Notes: generated by a model not told the origin, from the sequence alone. Shown: positions 19,108 to 30,535, counted from the first letter of the stretch. The stretch: 64,000 bases of DNA from Candidatus Marinacidobacterales bacterium (GCA_965237955.1 OZ250169.1:6080001-6144000); one strand, 5' to 3'. A program made the numbers and translations.

Positions 19108-20245
19108 TGAGCTCCGGAACGACTTCGTCTCGGAATCTATCAATGCGGTACGGCTCGAGATCGACGCTCGTCGATTTCCCGTCGACGATCAGCTCGGAAA
19201 CCGAGAGGCCGACGGCCGGCGCGTGCTGCATGCCGTGCCCGCTGAAACCGTTCGCGCACACGAAATTGTCGAGCTCGGAGACTTTGCCGATGATCGCGTT
19301 GTGGTCGGGCGAAACCTCGTAGAGGCCGGCGACGGTCGTTCGGATCTCGGCCTCCTCGATCAGTGGCACGCGCGCGATCGCATGCTCACTGATTTGCGCG
19401 AGGAAATCCCAATCGACCTGCTGGTTGAAGCTCGGTGGCTCGTCGGGATCGGACTCGCCGATCAGCAGCCGGCCGCTCTCCTGGTGCATGTATACGCCGG
19501 TGCCCCAATCGATGATGAGCGGGAAGGTGTCGGCAATCCAGGCCATCGGCTGGGTAATGAAGTACTGCCGGCGGACCGGCTCGACGGGCACGTCGACGCC
19601 CGCCATCTCGCCGACACCTTTGGCCCACGGGCCCGCCGCGTTCACGACCCATTGGGCCTCCCAGCGCTCAGCGTCGGCGACGACGGCACGGACGCGACCA
19701 CCCGACACCTCGATACCGGTCACATCGGTTGACTTGATGATGTCGACTCCCAGGCGCCGCGCGTTTTTCGCGTACCCCTGGACGATCGCGTGTGGGTTCG
19801 CGATGCCGTCGGCGTTACAAAACGTCGCGCCGACGAGATCGTCGATGTAGAGCTGGGAGACGATGCCGCGCGCCTCTTCTGGCGTGAGTACCTCCACCGG
19901 AACGCCCATCTCTCGTTGCCGCTCCGCATTCGCACGAAAGGCCTCGAGGTCCTCTTCCGTGGTCAGCACGAACAAATACCCGTTCCGCTTGAAATCGACG
20001 GGCTCATCCATTTCCTCTTCGAATCGCTCGAGCGCCGCGATGCTGATGCGCGACATCTCGATGTTCGCCGCGGTCGAGAACTGCAAGCGAACCCCGCCCG
20101 CGCACTTGCCGGTCGCGCCGGTTCCGAGCGCTTCTTCGCGCCCGAAAATCACGATGTCTCTCATACCGCTCTTTGCGAGATGGTACGCGATCGACGCGCC
20201 CATGATACCGCCGCCGATGATCGCTACCTCTACGCTTTTCGCCAT
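19097..20245 (-). CDS. FAD-dependent oxidoreductase, DAO/sarcosine oxidase beta/proline dehydrogenase beta-like
   Basis: IIGGGIMG, GATGKCAGGVRLQF, VVNAAGPWA, GLYEVSPD, GFSGHGMQHAP. Confidence 0.85.
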   Translation of the reverse strand: MAKSVEVAIIGGGIMGASIAYHLAKSGMRDIVIFGREEALGTGATGKCAGGVRLQFSTAANIEMSRISIAALERFEEEMDEPVDFKRNGYLFVLTTEEDLEAFRANAERQREMGVPVEVLTPEEARGIVSQLYIDDLVGATFCNADGIANPHAIVQGYAKNARRLGVDIIKSTDVTGIEVSGGRVRAVVADAERWEAQWVVNAAGPWAKGVGEMAGVDVPVEPVRRQYFITQPMAWIADTFPLIIDWGTGVYMHQESGRLLIGESDPDEPPSFNQQVDWDFLAQISEHAIARVPLIEEAEIRTTVAGLYEVSPDHNAIIGKVSELDNFVCANGFSGHGMQHAPAVGLSVSELIVDGKSTSVDLEPYRIDRFRDEVVPELNVI

Positions 20246-20355
20246 CGGTGTTCAGTCAATGATCGCCTGACCCAGCAGCAGGAGCGACAGCCGAAGCTTC
20301 ATGAACATTCTCATATCACGTCGGGTAGGATGCCTCAATCTGGGAGGTATACAGC

Positions 20356-22901
20356 ATGAGACGCTTTTTTATCCTTACGTTCCTGGCCCTCACCGTAAGC
20401 GCGTCAACCGCATTCGGGGACGACGCTGTTGATTCCGTGCTCGACAACCTCGAATGGCGCAATATCGGCCCGGCGGTTATGGGCGGCCGCATCAACGATT
20501 TCGCACTCGTCGAGTCGAACCCGAACGTTGCGTTCGTGGCGACAGCGTCCGCCGGAATTTGGAAAACGACAAACAACGGTATCACTTGGGAGTCGCTTTT
20601 CGACGACCAACCGGTCTCGAGCGTCGGCGATATCGCGGTCGCGCCGTCCGACCCTTCGATCGTATGGGCCGGCACCGGAGAGCCGGCGAACCGCCAAAGC
20701 TCCTCATGGGGCGACGGCGTCTACAAGTCGATGGACGGTGGCGCAACGTGGACGAACATGGGACTCGAGGACACCCACCATATCGGACGGGTGCACATCC
20801 ACCCTACGAATCCCAACATCGTCTACGTTGCGGCGCTCGGGCATCTCTGGGGGCCGAACGAGCAACGGGGCGTCTTCAAGACGACCGACGGCGGCAAGAC
20901 ACTACTCCTACGATCGCGGTCTCACCTGGGATTTCGTGAACACCCTCGCGTTAGGACAGTTCTACGAGATCGGTTACGACATGGAGACCCCCTACAATAT
21001 CTACGGCAGTCTTCAGGACAACGGTAGCTGGGGCGGACCGGTTCGAACCCGCCACCAGCAAGGCATCTCCAACGCGGATTGGTTCCGGATTGGTTCCGCG
21101 TCGGCGGCGGCGACGGCTTCTACACCCAAATCGATCCCAACGACGGGACGACGATCTACTTCGAGTCGCAGAACGGAGTCTTGCGCCGCCTCGATCTGAG
21201 CCGGCTCGAGATCAAGACGATCCGGCCCGAGCCCGAGGAAGGTGAAACGCGCTATCGCTTCGACTGGAACAGTCCCTTTGTTATTTCGCCCCACGATTCG
21301 AAGACGATTTACTACGGCGGCAACCGGCTATTCACATCGACGAATCGCGGCGACGAGTGGACCCGAACCATCGACTTGTCCAAGAATCACGATCGCGACG
21401 AAATGCCGATCATGGCATCATGCTGAACGACGACACTCTGTCACGGAACGACGGCATCTCGACTTACGGGCAAATCATAACCATCAGTGAGTCTCCTCTC
21501 GTTCAAGGTCTGCTCTACGTGGGAACAGATGACGGCAACATTCAAGTCTCACGAGACGGTGGTGAAAGCTGGAACAACGTCGCGGCCAACTTGCCCGGCG
21601 GCCACCCCGGCATCCACGAAGAAACGTACGTCACCCGTGTCGTTTCATCCCAGCATGCGGAAGGGCGCGTCTACGCTACCCTCGACGGCCACCGCAACGA
21701 CGATTTCGCCACTTACGCGTTCGCGAGCGACGACTACGGCGACACGTGGCGACGCATCACCACCGGTATCCCCGACGGCCACACGCTGAATGTCATCCGC
21801 GAGCACCCGGACAACGGCGCGCTTTTGTTTGCCGGGGGCGAGCGGGGGGTGTACGTTTCTTTCGACGGCGGCGAGGTATGGCACGAGATGCGCGGGAGCT
21901 TTCCCCGGGTGCCGGTCGACGACATCGCGATCCATCCGCGCGACAACGACCTCATTCTAGGAACGCACGGCCGCAGCATATGGGTCCTCGACGACATGAA
22001 GCCGCTCGAGAATCTGAGCGACGCGGTGCTCGCGGCGAAGCTTCATGTCTTTCCCATACGGGACGCGATCAACTACCGCAGCTTCCGCTACAGAGGCAAT
22101 CCCGGCCACCAGATGTTTCTCGCCGAGAACCCGCCGCCGGGCGCACTCGTCCACTACTATCTGAGCGAACCAGAGGCGGTGAACATCACCGTGACCGACG
22201 CGTCCGGACGCCTCATCCGTACGATCGAAGGCTCGAACCACATAGGGCTCAACCGCACCAACTGGGATCTGAGATATGACGAGGCGATCCCGGCCGAGCC
22301 CACGGACGGCAACGATCCACCTCCCGGACCGAGAGTCCTTCCCGGTACCTACACGGTAAAGATCGAGGCCGGCTCCGAGTCGGCCGAGCAGACGGTCATC
22401 GTGACCGACGATCCAAACGTGCGCGCGAGCGACGCCGATCGCCGAGCGCATCTCGATGTTCTTCTCGAGCTTCGCCGACTCATTTCGGAAATGCACGAAG
22501 CGCACGAGCAAGCCGTTGGCTTGACCGAACAGCTCGATGGGCTCGAAGCGACACTCGCGGACGCGCCCGAGACGGTCGCGAGCGCGTTCACGGCGGCGAA
22601 AACGAGCGTGTCGGAGCTCGAGCGCTTGCTCTCGCGCGACGAGGGACGCACGCGCTCTGGTGGCGCAACCAGACCTTTATACCAACGACTGACGCGTCTT
22701 TATCGCGGCCTCGACAGCTACACGGAAGCGCCGAACTCCCACCGGCGGGCGCAGATCGCGTCCATGTCGAGAGAGCTGAACGAGCGGCTCGACGGTCTGA
22801 AGGCCGTCATCAGTGGCGAGATCGCCGAGCTCAACCGCGCCATCGAGAAGAATCGGGTCCCGCGCATCCGGCCACCGACACCGAAAAACACGACGACTTG
22901 A
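20356..22901 (+). pseudogene. Secreted BNR/Asp-box (VPS10/sortilin-like) glycosyl hydrolase-like protein, disrupted
   Basis: LEWRNIGP.VMGGRI and repeated S.DGG.TW boxes spread over four reading-frame segments. Apparent internal deletion near 20900, 11-bp duplication at 21076-21097, and a 1-bp loss near 21415. Confidence 0.85.
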
Positions 22902-22924
22902 AGAACACTTTTTTACAAAAAAAC

Positions 22925-23009
22925 AACGCAAAGACGCAAGGTGAAAGCGCCTTCGGCGCCGGTTCTTTCTTTGCGTCTTTGCGACTTGGCGACTTGGCGC
23001 CTTTGCGTT
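22925..23009. repeat. REP-like palindromic repeat/hairpin between convergent genes
   Basis: AACGCAAAGACGCAAG pairs with TTTGCGTCTTTGCG / CTTGGCGCCTTTGCGTT; internal GCGCCTTCGGCGC hairpin. Confidence 0.7.
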
Positions 23010-23031
23010 TCGCTTTTTGAGTGGAGAAAAG

Positions 23032-24282
23032 CTAGTCGAGCTCGATGGCCAGCTCCGCACCGAAGAGCATGGTGCGGTCGTTATCGCGCGCCGCCCATTT
23101 CATCAGCGTCTCTACGCTTCGCTCGACCTTGCCTTCGTAGGAGACGATGCCGTTCGTCGTCACTTTGATGGGTTCGTCGAAGTCGATCTCGTCAGGGGCG
23201 AGCAGCAACGTGTAGCGCTTCACACCGTCCGCTGCGACTTCGATCGTGTTTCTTCGGCGATCGATGAGGACGCGGCCGGACGTTTTCGTGTGCGGGAAGA
23301 GTCCTCCGGCTCGTTCATTCCCAGTGAGCTCGTCAATCACGATCCAGGAGAATCGGCCGAATGTCTCCGCGTCGTCGGCCTCCCACGAAACTCGCTCAGG
23401 AAGTGGATCGCGAGGGTGTTCGTCCATGAACGCTTCGATGCGCGGCGACTCGCTGTTCCACCAGCGCGTGTTGTGCCCGCCCGGTTGAGAGCGGAACACG
23501 ACCGTCGCGCCCTCTTCGCGAAACGCCTCCACGTACGGCCACACCCTTGCTGCTGGGTACAGACGATCGGTCTCACCGTTGACGACGTAAAGCGGCTTGT
23601 TCACGAGATTGCCTTCGAACATCTCACCGACGACGCCCGTTCTCGGGTTCGAAAGGACGGACGGATGCGCGATGAAAGGAAAGTAGCCAGCCCACGGCGT
23701 CGACGCTTTCATCGCGAAGTAGTAAACACCGGTGCCACCGTCAGAGACCCCGTAGAGAAACACTTGGTTCTCATCGACGTTGTAGAGCGTCTCGAGACGA
23801 TCCAGGATCGCTTCCAGGTTCTCGATTTGGCTCGGTTGCCACCAACTGGATCCACGCCAAGACGCCGGGAACACCGAGATTTGATCGACGCCGTCGAACC
23901 GATCGAAACGCCGCCACCACGTGTCCCCTTTCATGGGTCTATCGACACGGTTCACGCCGCCGTGCAAATAGAAACACACGCGATAGCGTTTCACGGGATC
24001 GTAGTCGTCGGGCACGAGAACGACTGAGTGGTGCTCTCCTCCGGTTCCGGTGCGGCTCCACTCGAGCCGACCGGTCGCGACATCGTCCCGGTAGACGCGA
24101 CCGGTACGGAGTCTTGCATGGAGCACCGAGAAGTCAACGCTGAGTTGGACGAGTCTGTCCGCGACGTTGGCGCGCTCGGTCACGTCTTCAGCAGCGAAAA
24201 ACTCAGCAATGACCGCGTCCTGCTCCGACGTCACGCAACCGAAGAGCGTGAAGAGTATCGCCAGTAGCGCGCGTTGCATCAC
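23032..24282 (-). CDS. Alpha/beta hydrolase (esterase/peptidase-like) lipoprotein
   Basis: Lipobox-like LFGC, FYLHGG, YGVSDGG nucleophile elbow, NGETD, GGH. Confidence 0.75.
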   Translation of the reverse strand: MMQRALLAILFTLFGCVTSEQDAVIAEFFAAEDVTERANVADRLVQLSVDFSVLHARLRTGRVYRDDVATGRLEWSRTGTGGEHHSVVLVPDDYDPVKRYRVCFYLHGGVNRVDRPMKGDTWWRRFDRFDGVDQISVFPASWRGSSWWQPSQIENLEAILDRLETLYNVDENQVFLYGVSDGGTGVYYFAMKASTPWAGYFPFIAHPSVLSNPRTGVVGEMFEGNLVNKPLYVVNGETDRLYPAARVWPYVEAFREEGATVVFRSQPGGHNTRWWNSESPRIEAFMDEHPRDPLPERVSWEADDAETFGRFSWIVIDELTGNERAGGLFPHTKTSGRVLIDRRRNTIEVAADGVKRYTLLLAPDEIDFDEPIKVTTNGIVSYEGKVERSVETLMKWAARDNDRTMLFGAELAIELD

Positions 24283-24359
24283 TGCAGCTTAGCAAACTGG
24301 CACGCGAGATGCCCGCAACCGAGAGTCATCGCAGATATAATGCTGCCCGGAGGCCCGCG

Positions 24360-25874
24360 ATGAGAATGGCACCTATCCTCGTTTCGCTTCTTTGCGCGCT
24401 CGGATGCGCGACTCCCGAGCCGGACACCGACACGGTCGACGCCGCGATGACGGCTCCCGCCGAGCAAGAACCCGAGCCCGAACCGCTCGTGCTCTCTGCC
24501 AGTGAGGACGAGCTACCTGAGATGCTTTTGCCGCTCATCGCTCCGTGGCACGGCGACCTCGATGGAATGGTGGAACGTCGGGTGATCCGCGCCGTGGTCG
24601 CGGTGAGCATGACGCAGTATTTTCTCGACGGTGCAGTACAAAGAGGAATCACGTACGAAGCACTGCAGCAGTTCGAAGCATCTCTAAACAAGAAGCTCGA
24701 CACCGGCAACCTCAAGGTGCACATCGCTATCCTGCCCATCGCCCGGGACAAGTTGCTCCCCGCGCTCGTCGAGGGCCGGGCGGATATCGCCGCCGCAAAC
24801 TTGACCATCACCCCTGAACGGCAACGACTGGTCGATTTTTCCGCTCCCGCGTGGACCGACGTCACGGAAATCGTGGTCACCGGACCGAAGAGTCCAGAGC
24901 TCGAAGAGCTCCACGATCTCGCAGGCCAAGAAATCCACGTCCGCCGGTCGAGTAGCTACTACGAGAGCCTACAGAATTTGAACGATGAGCTGCGGGCCGC
25001 GGGCAAAGAAGAGGTGCGCCTCGTTCTCGCGGACGAGCATCTCGAAGATGAAGACTTGCTACAGATGGTGAACGCGGGCCTTCTGCCTATCGTCATCGTC
25101 GACAGCACCAAAGCCGACTTCTGGGCACAGATCTTCGACCATCTCACGCTGCGTCCGGATCTTGCAGTAAGAACCGGCGGCGAGATCGCGTGGGCGTTCC
25201 GGAAGGATAGTCCACAGCTAGCCGCCGAAGTCAACGCGTTCATTCAAGCCAACCGCAAAGGAACGCTCATGGGGAACATGTTGTTCAAGCGGTACCTGAA
25301 GGACACGAAGTGGGTCACGCACGCGTTGTCCAGCACCGAGATCGCGAAGTTCAACGCAACCATCGATCTGTTTCGAAGCTATGGGGAGCAATACGACTTC
25401 GACCACCTCATGCTCGCGGCGCTCGGGTACCAGGAGTCGCGGCTCGACCAAAGCGTGAGAAGTGGTGCGGGCGCGGTCGGCGTCATGCAGTTGCTTCGGA
25501 GCACAGCGAGCGACCCGAATGTCGCCATCCCGAACATCGACGAACTCGAGCCCAACATCCACGTCGGCACGAAGTATCTTCGCTTCCTGCGAGACCGCTA
25601 CTTCAAGGACGAGGCGATGAGGGAAGTCCAAAAGACACTGTTTACCTTCGCCTCCTACAACGCGGGGCCGGCGCGGGTGAGAGGTCTACGCAGGAAGGCG
25701 GAGGCCGCGGGACTCGATCCGAACATATGGTTCGACAACGTCGAAGTGATCGCGTCGAGAGAGATCGGTCGCGAGACAGTGCAGTACGTCAGTAATATCT
25801 ACAAGTACTACATCGCGTACCGGCAAGTCGAGACCCAACGCGAGCGAAAAGAGCAGGCACTGCCGTCGGGCTGA
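24360..25874 (+). CDS. MltF-like lytic transglycosylase (SBP family 3 + SLT domain), lipoprotein
   Basis: LLCALGC lipobox, AAANLTITPER, YQESRLDQ, GVMQL, ASYNAGP, ETVQYV; GGAGG RBS before ATG 24360. Confidence 0.85.
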   Translation: MRMAPILVSLLCALGCATPEPDTDTVDAAMTAPAEQEPEPEPLVLSASEDELPEMLLPLIAPWHGDLDGMVERRVIRAVVAVSMTQYFLDGAVQRGITYEALQQFEASLNKKLDTGNLKVHIAILPIARDKLLPALVEGRADIAAANLTITPERQRLVDFSAPAWTDVTEIVVTGPKSPELEELHDLAGQEIHVRRSSSYYESLQNLNDELRAAGKEEVRLVLADEHLEDEDLLQMVNAGLLPIVIVDSTKADFWAQIFDHLTLRPDLAVRTGGEIAWAFRKDSPQLAAEVNAFIQANRKGTLMGNMLFKRYLKDTKWVTHALSSTEIAKFNATIDLFRSYGEQYDFDHLMLAALGYQESRLDQSVRSGAGAVGVMQLLRSTASDPNVAIPNIDELEPNIHVGTKYLRFLRDRYFKDEAMREVQKTLFTFASYNAGPARVRGLRRKAEAAGLDPNIWFDNVEVIASREIGRETVQYVSNIYKYYIAYRQVETQRERKEQALPSG

Positions 25875-28226
25875 TTTTCACCCGTCCTGCTCACCGCAGC
25901 GTCATCGCCGGATCCCCCAGCAAGTGATAAATGCTCAGCAGCTCGGGGAAGGCGCCGGTTTCGGCATAGGCTTGCTGGGCGTCGAGGAGCGCATCTCCGA
26001 GGCGCCGGTGGCCTCCGTTGAAGAGCTCTTCGAGAAGCGCCTTGTGGTAAAGGTTCGCCGGGCCATTCAGGCTCAGCCCGCTCGGCGACAAGGCTGCGAT
26101 CGCGCCCTTGTCCCTGGCTTGGACGAGCTCCTCGGCGAGTGAGTTGAAGTACGGGAAATGGAAGTAGCCGTTCAGGCAGTTCATCGTGAGTAGGAGCGGC
26201 TGCTGGGACTGGGAACCGAGTGAGGCGACGTCGCTTCTGTTGAAGAAGTTCTCGTCTGCCCACAGGTGAATGCCTCCGTGACCCAAATAGCTCACGAGCG
26301 AGGCTCCTTCGTCGAAGCTTTGCAGAATCGCATTTCGCGTCGCGTGGGTCCCGAGCTGGCTCAGGTAGATCTTCTCTGGATTCTTCGAAGCCAAGACGGT
26401 TGCAGCCAGCGCGTCGGCGTCCGCCTCGAAGTTTCCGGCGCGGTCCGGATTGTCCGCCACGAGCACCACCGCTGAGCGATCTAAGCCCGCCTCTCCCGTC
26501 TCATAGGCCACGATCTTCTCGACCACCGCCTGGATTTCATCGACCGTCGCCGCCGGCAAGCGTCCAATCGCCAGATCGGGAAGCATGTCGTCGCCGTTCA
26601 CCGCGGCATAGCTGGGGTCCGACGCCGTCCAGAGATAGGACGTCTTCACCATTCGAGGCGGCACCTGGTTCGTCACTCCCGTTTGCAAATGGTCCTTGAA
26701 GTCGAACGTCGCATCGCCCAGAAGCAGCACGTAGCGCGGCGAGGGTTGTCTCCAATTGTGATAGGCGTAGCTCAGGAAATCCTTCACGGCCTCGGGCGTC
26801 GGCTCACCGAAGCCGAACTCCGAATAGACCTCCTCGATCGACACCGCCTTGACCTTCAGCCCCCCGCTCTGCCTCAGCTCCAGCAAGGGTATCGCCGCTC
26901 GAAGGAATGCCTCCGGGCCGATAACTAGGTAATCGGCGCGATTGCGTGTGTTCTTCAGACGGCTCGTCCTGGGCTTCGTCACCGCGGGGTGATAAACCGC
27001 TTCCGGGCTCACCGCGAGATAGCTACGGCCGGACTCGGCGCGGAACCGGAACATGCCGTCGGCTCCGTCTTCCGTGTCGAGCAACCAGCGCGGCTGCGCT
27101 TCGCTCGTATCCAAAACGTGCGTCCCTGCTACGAGCCCTGAGAGCTCCGCCGCCCCGGATGCACTCCAGCGACCTTCGAGTCGGCCATCGCCCGTGAGCG
27201 CGACGCGCGGATACTCCACCGCGTAGCGGTCGAGCATCACCATCGAGTACGCCGCTTCGGTGTCTCCCACGTTCTTGAGCTCCAGGAGGTTGTCTCCTTC
27301 TTGCAGAAGACCTGGCATTAGATCCACGTCGATCTTGTTTGCCCGCTTGCCATCCCAGCTCACTTCCGCAACCAGGCTCCCGTTCACATACACCCGCACG
27401 TGATGATCGGGATTGGCCCTAAAATCACTCACCCCCTGGAGCCACACGCTGAGTTTCGAGGGCTCACTGGGTGCGGGCGCAATCAGTGCCAGAGCACTCA
27501 CTTCAAACGGGTAGCTCTTCACCACCGGAGCAAACAACAGGTCCCACAACCATAGATCGGGCGCTTCGAGAAGCGCTGCCTGGTAGTAACGGTTCTCTTC
27601 CCACTCCGCCCGATGCCAGTAGAAGCGGGTAGGCTCTCCCGAAGGCGCTGCCGAGATTTCCGGCATGCTCTCCCCGGCCTGCCCCATCTCGAGCTCATAC
27701 ACCGCCTCGCTGCCATAGGGATTTGCCGATGCGCCGTCACTCATAAAGTAGAGCGTCGAGCCCGGCTTGAAGCGACGCGAGCTCGGCTCCAGGTGGAACG
27801 CCACCGTCTTGCTGCGTATTCCAGCCATCGTGAACGCCGAATCCAGAGCAAGCTGAACAGCGAATCCGGTGAAGCCGAACGCTCATCGAAGCGATGAAGT
27901 GTTGGGTGACCTCCTTCCCACTGATTGAAAACGTGAACCTATCTTACCTGCGTGTTGTGTAGCAAGGGGCGGCAGGTCGGTGCCGGAGGGAGCGGGCGTA
28001 AGGAAAGACGCGAAGCGACCTTCCCGCTCCCGTAGGCAGCGACCTGCCGCGGCCGAACCCCGGGCGATGTGGGGCTGGTTTCGGGGGGTTGCTGGGGTAT
28101 GGCCTGGCTCGAGAAGACGCTTCCTGAGGCATTCTCGCGCGTCGTTTTGGCGCCGCATCGTCTGGTACCCCGGGTTTGGCGGTTTCACCCGTTTTTATCG
28201 CATCGACGCTGTGGTCCCTCGCTCGC

Positions 28227-28985
28227 TCATGCATCGGCGTTGTCAAATGCCTTTGGCGCAGCCTTGGTCTTTCTCAGAGAAGCTCCTTTGAGAGTGATGC
28301 GGTGCGCGCTGTGGAGAATGCGATCGCAGATAGCGTCTGCCTGGTTTGGGTCGCCAATCGCTTCGTGCCACTGCTTGAGCGGAATCTGGGTCGCGATGAG
28401 TGTGGAGCCACGCTCGGCGCGGTCTTCGATGACCTCCATTAGATCCCGTCTCTCCGATTCTTTCAGCGGGTGAAGCAGCCAATCATCGATAGCCAGTAAG
28501 TCCAGCTTGGCGAGTTTCGTCAAAAGCCGGGCGTAGGAACCATCACCACGAGCGACCGCGAGCTCGTGGAGCAAGCGCGGTGCTCGCACGTAGCATCCGG
28601 TGAAGCCGCGACGACAGGCCCGCTCCACGAAGGCGCAAGCCAAGAACGATTTGCCAATCCCCGTCGGGCCGGTGATGAGCAGGTTATGGCGCTCACCGAC
28701 AAAGCGGCAGTTGCCCAGGCTCAAGATCTGTTCGCGGTTTAAGCCTCGAGGCGCTTGGAAGTTCACGTTCTCCAAACATGCCGGATAGCGGAGCTTTGCC
28801 GCTCGCAGTCGTCGAGAAAGCTTACGCTGTTCGCGGGCGGTCCACTCGGCATCGACCAGGAGTCCCACACGTTCCTCGAAGCTCAGCTCCTTGTATTCGC
28901 TCGAGCTCAACTGGGTTTCGAACGCGGACACCAAGCCGAACAACTTCATGGCGTTCATCTTTTCTATCGTTTCGGGTGTCAGCAT
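28227..28985 (-). CDS. istB: IstB AAA+ transposition helper ATPase
   Basis: ITGPTGIGKS, LLAIDDW, ADAICDRILH; ATG at 28985 overlaps the istA stop. Confidence 0.95.
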   Translation of the reverse strand: MLTPETIEKMNAMKLFGLVSAFETQLSSSEYKELSFEERVGLLVDAEWTAREQRKLSRRLRAAKLRYPACLENVNFQAPRGLNREQILSLGNCRFVGERHNLLITGPTGIGKSFLACAFVERACRRGFTGCYVRAPRLLHELAVARGDGSYARLLTKLAKLDLLAIDDWLLHPLKESERRDLMEVIEDRAERGSTLIATQIPLKQWHEAIGDPNQADAICDRILHSAHRITLKGASLRKTKAAPKAFDNADA

Positions 28986-30535
28986 CGGGACTCTCCTCCT
29001 TCGTAGTGATCCGCGCCTCGGATGTTCTCGTGCTCCTCTCGCGGTTTCGCTTCGGCGTCCGATTCGAGCACCACACGATCCAGACCAGCCGAGAGAATGT
29101 TTTTCACCGTGCGATAGCTGTAAGAGCTCAAAGCTTCCGCTCGTGCGCAAGCGGCCTCGAGACGCTCACTGCCCCAGCGGCTGCCTAGTCGCATGACTCC
29201 CAGGCAAGAGCGAAATCCCTGCTCCGGGTGAGGCCGACTCTCTAGAATCCCCGCAACCAGCCTTCCCGTGGCGCGACCTGACTGCTCCGCCCAGTGGAGC
29301 AGCCGCGACGGCGTCCACTCCAGGTGCTCCCGATGCGAACGTGGCATATGCTCCGGGTTCGTGGAGTAGTGCCCCTTTCCTTTCTTGCGGGGATGCGACG
29401 CGACGCGCTTTCCCTTGAACAGGACCTCCACCACCGAGGCCGTCACCCGTGCCTCGACTTTCTCGTGAATGAGCTGATAGGGAACGCTGTACAAGTTGTT
29501 CTCCACCTCCACGTGGTAGTCGATGTTCACTCTGCACCGCTTCCACGTCGATAACTCGTAGCTCTCCTGCGGTAGCGGTTTCAGTACGGGCCGGTCTAGC
29601 CTTTCGTACAACTCCCGCCGACTCACACCGAGCTTCTGCATCGGACGCGCATTCAGGACCTCTAACTTCTCCCAGATGGCTTCGTTCAGTTCCGCCAGGC
29701 TGAAGAACGTGCGATGACGAAGCACCGCCAGGATCCAGCGCTGCGCCACCTGCACTGCCGACTCCACCTTCGCTTTGTCTTTCGGCTTGAACACCCGAGC
29801 CGGGACCACAACCGCACCGTAATGCGTCGCCAGCTCTTCGTACGTCCGGTTGATCCCTGGCTCGTAACGGTCCACCAAATCCACGCCGCTCTTCAAGTTG
29901 TCCGGAACCCAGATCTCCGTACTGCCACCGAAGTAATCCGACATCCCCTTATGGGCCTTCGCCCACGATTCCAGCGACTGGTTCAGTGTCGCTTCGACGT
30001 AGGTGTAACTGCTCGCGCCCAACGTCCCGACGAACAGCTCCATTTCGACGAGCTCTCCTGTTTTCGGATCGACGATGTGAGGCTTCTTCCCCGAAAAATA
30101 GACGAATGTCTTCTCGCCTGCTCGATGCCGTTGACGCATCGTCGGGTTCAGCTTCTTCTTCCACTGACCGTACAGCTCGCAATAACGGCTGTAGCCGTAC
30201 GCTCCCGGCTTATTCTCCGCGTACTCCACCCACAGCTGCAGCAACGTCAGCTCTCGGTGACGCCTCAGCTCCTCGTGGATGTGGGCATAGTCCAGACCCG
30301 GCCGTGCGCCAGACGAGCCCGGCGGCGGAAACAGCCCTGCCTCCAGCTCCCCTTCGCTCAGCTCCTCCGGGAGCGGCCAGCTCAGACCACCCTTCTTCGC
30401 CTTGGCCAGGTACTCACTCACCGTTCCAACCGCCACGCGAAGTGCCTTTGCGATCATGCGGTGAGTAAAACCCAGCTCGTACTTTAACCTTAGAACCTCT
30501 CGTATTTTTCTCATCGATAACCTCTTAGCTGCCAT
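28979..30535 (-). CDS. istA: IstA transposase (first catalytic Asp apparently replaced by Tyr)
   Basis: MRKIREVLRL HTH, HRAGEKTFVYFSG, VPDNLKSGV, PKDKAKVES, NLYSVPY. Confidence 0.93.
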   Translation of the reverse strand: MAAKRLSMRKIREVLRLKYELGFTHRMIAKALRVAVGTVSEYLAKAKKGGLSWPLPEELSEGELEAGLFPPPGSSGARPGLDYAHIHEELRRHRELTLLQLWVEYAENKPGAYGYSRYCELYGQWKKKLNPTMRQRHRAGEKTFVYFSGKKPHIVDPKTGELVEMELFVGTLGASSYTYVEATLNQSLESWAKAHKGMSDYFGGSTEIWVPDNLKSGVDLVDRYEPGINRTYEELATHYGAVVVPARVFKPKDKAKVESAVQVAQRWILAVLRHRTFFSLAELNEAIWEKLEVLNARPMQKLGVSRRELYERLDRPVLKPLPQESYELSTWKRCRVNIDYHVEVENNLYSVPYQLIHEKVEARVTASVVEVLFKGKRVASHPRKKGKGHYSTNPEHMPRSHREHLEWTPSRLLHWAEQSGRATGRLVAGILESRPHPEQGFRSCLGVMRLGSRWGSERLEAACARAEALSSYSYRTVKNILSAGLDRVVLESDAEAKPREEHENIRGADHYEGGESRC

